A stretch of DNA of 64,000 nucleotides, taken from contig NIVC01000860.1 of assembly GCA_002269645.1 (NCBI GenBank), forward strand, positions 124,001 to 188,000, in the 5' to 3' direction. Below are positions 9,578 through 17,779 of the stretch, piece after piece; the stretch's first letter is position 1; the number at the start of each line of letters is the position of its first letter. The translations under genes and the position numbers were made by a program. The notes under the pieces were generated by a model, which was not told where the DNA came from, did no database searches, and saw only the letters and a list, made by a program, of their open reading frames with translations. Source of the stretch: Macrostomum lignano. Its lineage: Eukaryota.

Positions 9578-12500
9578 GTTGGTTGCTTTGGTCCTAAACT
9601 GGGTATTCTTATCAATGTAGGGTTTCATCCACGCTTCCTCTGTAAATGTAAGAGCCCGGTGAACTTTAGTGACCCTGCAACCAAGTGAGATAAAATACTG
9701 AAGCAGTTTGTAATGGATTTTGTAACGTGTCTTGTTGTTTAGATTCTGTGTTAGCTTCTCTGTATGTTCTTTTTCTGTTCCTGACAGGTGCCAAGTTCCA
9801 TTATTATCATTGGGAGTTTCGATTATTTTCGGGCACTTGATGTTCTCTGGGAAGGGTGGAAAGTCAGAGAAATAGTCGTGAAGCTCTGGTGGAATGTAAA
9901 CATCAACCTCATAAATGGCAGCCAATGAAAAGTCCCACTTTAGTTCTGATGAGGGTAGCCATCGAAAATCTCTAACTGGAAGATCTTGACTCATCGCCCA
10001 CCCGTAGAGATTATTAGCGTCCAAGTAAGTAATGTAGTTTGAGGGCTGCTCCTTATTGTAAGATTCAATGTAGGGATTGTTTGCTTTTGCATACCTGTTA
10101 ACGCAAATTGAGATCCCCCCTCGTTTTGACGATTCGACAAAATTGTACATGTCAATGTCTGTAAGAAGTTCAATGTACCAATCTGGATCTTGATCCCATT
10201 TCATTTTAAGCAAAGATTCCCAGCTAGTGGCAGGCAGAGACACATAATGTGCTGGATCGAGGCCATATGCTGTGTACCAGGTGTATCTGAAGGTTTCAAA
10301 CACATCAGCCAGCAGAAACACATCTGTGTAGAGGTAAAGCAGGTGATACTGGAAGAAGTTTTGACAATTAAAGTAATTATAGACATGCTTCGCGTGCTCA
10401 TAGTCTTTGTCAGAGATTCCAGAGTCTGTTAGCTTTGAAAAGAACTTCTCCTGTGGTGGTAAACCTTCTTCAAATACGTGATACCCAGTAATATTTTCAT
10501 AGGGATATAAGCCTTTGGTTCTCAGGAGTTTAAATGATTCATCACTGTTGTAAATTTTACTTGCAAACATCTTTGTATATGTACATTGTTCATCTTTTAG
10601 ATTCTTGCTTAGTTCGTTTAGACTGGCAGCTAGAAATTGATATGAATCCTTCAGTCTTATTTTACCTGTACCCGAATTATCCTGTTTAATATCAACACAC
10701 TTAAACTTCTCCTTGTTCTCTGCGATGCAATCAAGGTGTATGTCTGGAATCATGCCGATTTTTTCAACTATTAAATGCATGTCATAGTTCTTTGCGTTGT
10801 GACAAAATATCGTTAGATCATGAATGTTCGATTTTAGCTTTAGATTACAGGTGTTATGCGCTGCACCTCTAAATTTCCCAGTAAAGTGGCAGTGGTCCCT
10901 AACGGTCGGGTTTTTAATATTAGTGCAAGTTAAATGTTTCCTGCAGATGTGGCAATGAGTTGCTGATAGGAAATTGCTTTCATCCTCCTCAGACATACTT
11001 ATTGGAACAGGTTGAAGGGTGCTAATTACTCTTTGCAACTCTAACATTCTGGCAATAAACTGCTCCACACACTGCTCTCCAAAGAAATAATTATACTCAA
11101 CAAGTCCTTTTGTAGTAATAAAGGCATATGCTACTGAGTTGGGGACATGTTTTTGAGTTTGAGTTTGTTTTTGAGTATGAGTTTGTTTTTGAGTTAATTT
11201 TTGAGTTCCTGGCATGATTGAGCATTCGAAATCAGCATATACAACAAATGGGAGCTTCTCCATCTTGTGATAGTTCTTAAACCGGAGATACTTCTCTTCA
11301 GCTGAAGGAAGAGAGCAGTTTGTTGGGTGATCCTCGCATGATAATTCATGCTCTGTTAGTTTTTCAAAGCGCTCAGGCCCACTGTAATGCTTAAGGCACA
11401 AGCGGCAGATGGCAACAGCCTCGTGATGATTATTCAACTGCTTGTGAATGAGTCTTGAAAGATCTTTAATCCAAACATAGTGAGCCTCCTCTAGTAAATT
11501 ACCAATCACTAGAAGATCCACTTCAGTCCGCCTTTTCCCCTCAGGATCTGAAACGTCTTTGCTACATCTGACCGGTTGAACTTTCTCAGTTTTTTCACTC
11601 CATTCAAAGACTGTGATTCTAATTTTGTTATTAAACACTTCTTCTAGCTTTGGGATCTGAGAGATCGCCAAGCCTCCTTTGTCAAACCTGATTCCCTTCT
11701 TTTCGCATTCGATGAGATAGTACTTGAAATAATTTTGATAATTTGAGGTTCTTTCGGGGTGGTGAGGGACACTATCATAAAGAAGTGCAGAAAGAACTGC
11801 CCATAGAGCACAGCAATTGTCTTTATTTTTAACATTTATGCAAGCTTTTTTGCCGGCTAGCTTATGCGGGAGCTCTATATAAGAGGAGGCTTTAAGTGGG
11901 TCATATTTCATGACCATGACAGTCGCTCTTTGAATCCCTCCCACGACCCATCCAGAACCTCTGGATGTAAACGCTTCAATTTTCTTAGTGACATCTTGAA
12001 GGAAAGGATCTAGTGTGTCTGTAGGGGTGAATGGCTTTGCCTTTGTTGTCATGTAATACTCGAGATGCTCAGTGGGTTTTGCAGGCATATAAAACGCAAT
12101 CTTTAATGATATCTGTAGTTTAAAGGTCTTGCGTGTTTTGAGTGTGTGATCAACAACTGATTGGATGCTGTCTTTATAGTCGTAGATGTTTGCGGTGGTA
12201 CCGTTGGTGTCGTTAATTGGGATTGTGTACTCGATGTAATGTTCTGTAAACTTCCTCTGTGCAAAATTAATCTCTTCAGTGGCAAGCTCCGACTCTTTTA
12301 AATGGATTAATTGCTCTAATTTCTCTTGTTCCTGCTTATTTTGTGGGTACTTTGCTTTTTCACCAGTAAGAGTTTCATATTTGTTAACTAAGTTGCGACT
12401 CCTCTCTTGGTGTTCCTTTGCAGGATTTTGCATAGGCGCATATTGGTTGGATTCTAATTGATTGATGATTTCCAACTGTTTTTCATAGCTTCCCAGGTGA

Positions 12501-12622
12501 CCAGGGTCGGTGTTAAACTTTTGTTTACATGCTTCTCTTAGTAAATTACTTTTGTCTTGAAATGAGACGCCTTTTGAAAAATGTTTGTTGACTAAATCTT
12601 TTGCTGGATTAGCTTTTGGCAT
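9578..12622 (-). pseudogene. polB: Protein-primed PolB, N-terminal part (terminal-protein-like region, exonuclease, endonuclease VII-like insert, motif A), interrupted by the Gypsy element
   Basis: YADFE (Exo I), HNAKNYD (Exo II), YLYTD (Exo III), YLDANNLYG (motif A); the frame is open for about 1015 codons up to the TSD. Confidence 0.95.
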
Positions 12623-12746
12623 TTTTTTCTCTAAAATAAAAAAAATTTTTGAGGGTGACCACCCTGATAGAAAAGTTGAACTGTTTCTACATCCTATAAG
12701 TAGCGCTAGGTTTATGAAGCTGGATAAAGTGGGGTTTTAAACCTCA

Positions 12747-13202
12747 TCACATCCGCATTATTGTAAACCCAGCATTGTGCAGTGTCATGATAGCTTTGAC
12801 AATGTCAGACTTGCTTATAGAATTTTCATGCTCACAATCATCACGATCATAACAATCGGGGCAGCCCTCTCCTGCCTTAATTGTTATACCTTTGTCTCTT
12901 GCAATCTTTTGCAATTCAAGCTGGTGGGCTCTATCATTACCAGCTTTAACAGCAGTTGCTACACCTCCAGCTACACCACCTGCGGCACTTACAGCGCCTG
13001 CAATAGTCGGGATAAGAGCTGCTAATGGTAGGATTCCTCCTAACTTTTCATCTGTGATGCTGTGTCTTTGCTCATTACACTGAACTATTTGCTGCACGGG
13101 ATCGACTTTTACTTTGGCACCTTTTATTGATATAAGACCTGGTCTCTTTGATTCAATGATTTTATTGAGTTTATTGATGGTTCTGGTTTCAATCTTTGTC
13201 AT
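12747..13202 (-). CDS. Adenovirus pX/mu-like core protein precursor
   Basis: KLGG-ILPLAALIPTIAGAVSAAGGVAGG closely recalls adenovirus pX MRGG-ILPLLIPLIAAAIGAVPGIA. Confidence 0.7.
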   Translation of the reverse strand: MTKIETRTINKLNKIIESKRPGLISIKGAKVKVDPVQQIVQCNEQRHSITDEKLGGILPLAALIPTIAGAVSAAGGVAGGVATAVKAGNDRAHQLELQKIARDKGITIKAGEGCPDCYDRDDCEHENSISKSDIVKAIMTLHNAGFTIMRM

Positions 13203-13219
13203 TTTTTTATTTTAATATT

Positions 13220-14257
13220 TTAATTAATTTCTGTGTCAGCTGGTATCACTAGGAGTTCAGCTCTAGTGAATGACCGCGTGGGGGATTTAGGGTTAAAGGC
13301 TTGAGATAAAAAGTAATAGTCACCGGAGTCGGAGGTAAAATGTCTGTCTATTTTATGTACATCAAGGCTGAAGTATGGATCTGTAGCTCTTCTTTTGGTG
13401 TCTTTCTCTAGCTCTCCAGGTAGATATAAAAAGCGTAGAAACTCAGAGTTTGTCAGTATGTATGGTGATTCAACTCCTGGAAGCTTAGGGTAGTTCGAGG
13501 TGTGTTTTGTGTTGTGTGTGTTGTGTGGGGTTGTAGTGTTGTTGTCTGTTCTTTGAGTTGCCTTAAGTTCGACAGTGTCTTGTTTAATTGCATGGGATGG
13601 TTTCAATCCAGTCATGCGCGTGACTTCATTGTTCAGTTGCTCTATAACAGTGGGGAGTCTTTCTGTCCACTTGGTATAGTACTGCCCCGCACTCAGTTTG
13701 AGTTCTTGCGCTGTCTGCTTAGTGAATAGTCTCTTGGCTAGAGTTAGATTGAATCTTTCCACAAAAGCCTGGTCTCTGTGCAAGTTTGTTCTGCCATAGC
13801 GAATCTCTGTGTTTTTCTTTTCCATAAGGGATTTCACTACACCCATGAATTCCTTACCCGGGTCGGTCATAAAGATTTGGGGGTATGTGAGCGGAGAGTT
13901 TTTATAAATATCTTGCAGTGCGCTGGCAACAACCTCTGACTTCTTCGTCTTGAGTGGGCGAGCTTCCTTATATCTGGAAGCAATGTCAATAATTGTAAGA
14001 GCATACTTGTAGCCTGAGTCATTGGGGAGAAACAAAAGATCTGCTTGGTGCGCTTCATTAGGTTTATAGATGCTAAAGTGAGGTCTTGTAAATTTTACTG
14101 GTGGGAAATAGACTTGAAAGACAGCCTGCTTAGAGAGCCACTTTTCTACTGTAGCTTTTGGTTCCTTACTCAGCTCCATGAGTTTACTAACGGCATTTTT
14201 GCCTACAAAGAATCCTTTGTCGCTGTAGTAGAGTTTTTTAAGTTTCTGATCTGTCAT
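13220..14257 (-). CDS. Polinton retroviral-like (rve, DDE) integrase
   Basis: HQADL...IIDIASR...TDPGKEF...QAFVERFN; intact 345-aa ORF. Confidence 0.93.
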   Translation of the reverse strand: MTDQKLKKLYYSDKGFFVGKNAVSKLMELSKEPKATVEKWLSKQAVFQVYFPPVKFTRPHFSIYKPNEAHQADLLFLPNDSGYKYALTIIDIASRYKEARPLKTKKSEVVASALQDIYKNSPLTYPQIFMTDPGKEFMGVVKSLMEKKNTEIRYGRTNLHRDQAFVERFNLTLAKRLFTKQTAQELKLSAGQYYTKWTERLPTVIEQLNNEVTRMTGLKPSHAIKQDTVELKATQRTDNNTTTPHNTHNTKHTSNYPKLPGVESPYILTNSEFLRFLYLPGELEKDTKRRATDPYFSLDVHKIDRHFTSDSGDYYFLSQAFNPKSPTRSFTRAELLVIPADTEIN

Positions 14258-14287
14258 TTATTTAAAAAGAAAATTTTAAATAAAATA

Positions 14288-14788
14288 ATGCAGCGCTCTG
14301 GTGGTAAGTTAGATTCACATGGACTGATAGAAAAGCTTCCTCATCCGAACAAAGGCTGGACACTTCCCGGCTATAAATATTGCGGGCCTTTGAATCCACT
14401 TGAAATACAGCTAGATAAAAACAATAATCCACATCCTGGGCATGAGCCTGTGAATGAGCTAGACTCTGTCTGCATGTGGCATGACGTTAAATATAGAGAT
14501 TTTCCTGAGGAGAAGAATCGTTGGGACAAAGAAATGCTTAAGAGACTAGACAATATAGGGGCTTCAAGCGGATTTCGCGAGTCTATTGCTAGGAAATTAG
14601 TCAATGCGGTTATTTTTGGTAAGTCTAAGTTGGGGTTGGGGGTGTACGCCGAGGGCGGGTGTTTGGGGAGAGAGGGCGGGTGTGCGGAAGGAGAGGGCGG
14701 AGGCTTGGGAGTAGGGTTTATTTTGTGCGCTCCTAACAAGAAATTGGGAAGACTGCTGAAAGAGCTGGGGGTAGAGAGGGGCGCTTGA
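14288..14788 (+). CDS. Parvovirus VP1u-type phospholipase A2 protein
   Basis: Start at AAAATA-ATG 14288. Ca-binding loop LPGYKYCGPLN and catalytic segment PVNELDSVCMWHDVKY (His-Asp). Confidence 0.85.
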   Translation: MQRSGGKLDSHGLIEKLPHPNKGWTLPGYKYCGPLNPLEIQLDKNNNPHPGHEPVNELDSVCMWHDVKYRDFPEEKNRWDKEMLKRLDNIGASSGFRESIARKLVNAVIFGKSKLGLGVYAEGGCLGREGGCAEGEGGGLGVGFILCAPNKKLGRLLKELGVERGA

Positions 14789-15393
14789 ATCGGGAAGGGC
14801 ATGAGCAAGTGTGGATTTGAGTAAGTACAGTTTTTTATTCCCTAAAGAGTTGCGCACAAGAGAGATTCTCATTCTCCAGAGAGCTAAGAGCAGAAAATAA
14901 AAAGTCAACCGCTTCGCCGCCATTAGCATGCATGGACTGTGTATGTTGAGATTCCCTCCTTGATTGATATTGATTATTGGCCAAATTGCGAGGCCAGTTG
15001 GCCCGCCGAGTTGGCCTCGGCCCGCCGATTTGGCCTCGGAATGTGGCCCGCCCACAGACCATGGGCCCGCCTAGTTGGTCTATACGGTATGAAAATATGG
15101 GGGGGGGTAGAGAGGGGCGCTTGAGTCGGGAAGGGCTTAACTATTATTCTCAGCCCTAGCCAAACGCAACAGCTGCATTTTGAAAAGGGGTGGGGTAACT
15201 GCTATTTGCTGAGGGAGCGCAGCCCTGTTCCACGCGTGCATTCCTTTCCGCTTTGACAACTGGAGGGAAGGAAGCGGGTGGAGGGAATCGATCGCTCGGT
15301 AGCTAGTTAAAGCAAGCAAGAAAATTCAGCTCCTTTTGCTCGCTCACGTTCTTCGTCACGCAATTCTGCACCGTTGTGACTGCTGATTTCATT

Positions 15394-15736
15394 ATGTTGT
15401 AAGTTTATTCATTTTTTACTTACTGAAATTCTATCCTGTGTGAGGAATTGAAAAATCTCTTATTTTAATTAAATCTTTATTTTTAGTTCACAAAAAATTA
15501 CGTTCTACTAGACCGACCTAGAAAATCTCCAAGGTCGCCTTATTGAAGGATTAGATGCCGACGAACAGGCATCAGAGCGAATTCAAGAAGTTCTCCACAA
15601 TTTCTTCAATGAAAAAGTTGAGAACCAGCGAATTCGTTCAAGAGCGGCCGAGGAGACCCAGGTTCGCAACTATGCCATGAGAACCGAAATGGTGTTTGAC
15701 GAACGTCGCCGATCATTTGTTGCTGATGAAGATTGA
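15394..15736 (+). pseudogene. Possible two-exon micro-gene (ATG TT|GTAAGT, 88-nt intron, TTTTAG) with an in-frame TAG at 15509
   Basis: Consensus donor and acceptor; the spliced frame stays open for 74 codons after the TAG (TDLENLQGRLIEG...FVADED). Confidence 0.3.
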
Positions 15737-15774
15737 CTTCTAAGTTATCAACAATTTTTTTTCCAGGATTTTAT

Positions 15775-16160
15775 CAATGTAAGCTACTCATAGTAGTCTT
15801 CTCAACACTTTCGTGGATTTAAAGGATTTTTTTCCAGGATTTTTTAAACTCGTGCCAATTCCTGACAATACAGGAATTCCTGACAATACAGGAAAGTCTT
15901 TTTACTGGATTTTTTCAGGATTTTATCAATGTAACCTACTCATAGTAGTCTTCTAAACACTTTTCTGGATCTCCAGGATTTTTTTAAACTCGTGCCAATT
16001 CCTGACAATACAGGAAAGTCTTTTTACTGGATTTTTTCAGGATTTTATTAATGTAAGCTACTCATAGTAGTCTTCTAAGCACTTTCCTGGATCTCCAGGA
16101 TTTTTTTAAACTCGTGCCAATTCCTGACAATACAGGAATTCCTGACAATACAGGAAAGTG
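15775..16160. repeat. Three ~120-140-bp tandem units with an internal AATTCCTGACAATACAGG subrepeat
   Basis: Directly visible. Confidence 0.85.
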
Positions 16161-16415
16161 CTGTTCACAAAATGACTGGGAGGAAAATCAATATTATTCT
16201 GGATCCGAAGAATATCGATTTTGGATTGTGCGAGGATCTACAATATCTTGTTCTTTCTCTACCTTCATTCATTTCCAACCTTGCAACTAGCTTGCACGTC
16301 GCGGAAGAAAATTCTCAGCCGGATAGCTCTGCACACTCAGTGTCTGCTCTTTCCTCCTTATTTCCTCCTGTTTTATGTAAATATACTTGCGAATAAATGA
16401 ACTCAGTATGTTTTT

Positions 16416-16658
16416 TTAACACAATTGCCTAATTATTTCTGCAAAGTTATAATAGCTGTCGTAATATTTTACATAGGTTACTCCATACTTATGAAACCAG
16501 TGTCTTTGGAGAGCTAGATTAATATTAGGGACATTGATATCAATGCCGGGCCAATATTTTCTCATGTATTCGCTGCATTCAAGTTTGCATTGGTACTTGG
16601 ATTTGTACAATGGATTAGGCTGAGTATAATAAGAACCTGGAGAGACAACTGGAAACAT
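16416..16658 (-). CDS. Small aromatic-rich orphan ORF (80 aa) of the Polinton
   Basis: Preceded by AATAAAA-ATG like the other element genes; ordinary amino-acid composition. Confidence 0.5.
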   Translation of the reverse strand: MFPVVSPGSYYTQPNPLYKSKYQCKLECSEYMRKYWPGIDINVPNINLALQRHWFHKYGVTYVKYYDSYYNFAEIIRQLC

Positions 16659-16862
16659 TTTTATTGAGAATTTATTATTTTTCGGAGGATGAGCACCCTG
16701 GGTTAGGGGATTTAAAGTCTTAGGGATCTGGTTTCGCGTTGCGGATTGAATGTGGGGAGAAGAATACAGATTATTTTCTGATTGTTTCGAAGATGCTATG
16801 GGTGGATGTCAGTGGATTATGTCTGTGTCAGTGAGCATAACAGGTATCAGTGGACACCTGCT

Positions 16863-17245
16863 CTGATTCTGTCAGGGATAATATGGATGGATTTAATGGG
16901 ATTATGGAGGACGTTTTGTGAGCGAGTGCGACCCCCCTTTTTTTTCTGATTCTGTCGGGGATAATATGGATGTATTTAATGGGATTATGGAGGACGTTTT
17001 GTGAGCGAGTGCGACCCCCCTTTTTTTTCTGATTCTGTCGGGGATAATATGGATGTATTTAATGGGATTATGGAGGACGTTTTGTGAGCGAGTGCGACCC
17101 CCCCCCTTTTTTCTGATTCTGTCAGGGATAATATGGAGGGATTTAGGTGGATTATGGAGGAGGTTTTGTGAGCGAGTGCGACCCCCCTTTTTTTCTGATT
17201 CTGTCGGGGATAATATGGATGGATTTAGGTGGATTATGGAGGACG
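16863..17245. repeat. ~83-bp tandem repeat x ~4.6, subterminal
   Basis: Unit starts at 16863, 16946, 17029, 17113 and 17195. Confidence 0.9.
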
Positions 17246-17779
17246 TGAAAAATTTTGTCCCAGAAGCCCCCTCATGCCTTCTACTGTCGTCACTAAGTTG
17301 ACGGGGGAGCTCAGCGCTTTGCACAAGGGCCGGGGCAGAGGGATAGCGCCCAAGACCACGGGTGAGGATCTAGCCCCCAAACCTTGACCTAGGGCCCACG
17401 CAGGAGGGGGCTGGAGCTAACCCTGGCAGGGTTAGAACTATAAGGGGAGGGGGGACGAGAAACGCACTTTAGAGGGAGAGGGGTGTGCCACGCGCGTGCC
17501 AAGAAAGTACATCAGTAGCAACTTTGGCGGCATGTGAGTTAAACTCTGTTACTCACTCTTAAGTCTTAAGCTCTTGGTTTCCTACAGACAGACAGACAAA
17601 CTTTACTGTGTCTGTGTCTTTACTGTGTCCTTACTACTTTACTGTGGCTTTACTGTGTTTTTGTAGACATTTTAGGGAAAACCACGAGTCCCATCTGAAT
17701 TATTAATTCGCAAGACGAAAAATTAAGGCAAAAATTTTTATGGAGACTAATATAAAATAATCAAACGCCCTTCTAATCA

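Larger units (their letters stand above)
1..17640. mobile_element. Polinton/Maverick (adintovirus-like endogenous DNA virus), right-hand part; left part lies outside the window
   Basis: Compact AT-rich cluster with A32 ATPase, adenain-like protease, protein-primed PolB, rve integrase, PLA2 and pX-like ORF; short AT-rich spacers ending in A-run+ATG. The right boundary is uncertain (about 17.3-17.7 kb) and no TIR partner is visible. Confidence 0.9.

Noticed and set aside
14045-14287. Upstream extension of the PLA2 ORF, and 2792-2872 of the membrane protein ORF
   Set aside because: One overlaps the integrase antisense and the other is a T-rich spacer; the A-rich ATGs at 14288 and 2873 fit the element's pattern.
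15775-17245. Tandem arrays as CRISPR loci
   Set aside because: Eukaryotic context, no unique spacers between repeats and no cas genes.
17633-17638. ACTACT as the Polinton right terminus
   Set aside because: It fits the (AGT)n terminal rule but sits inside a TTTACTGTG repeat run, and neither the left TIR nor a 6-bp TSD can be tested in this window.
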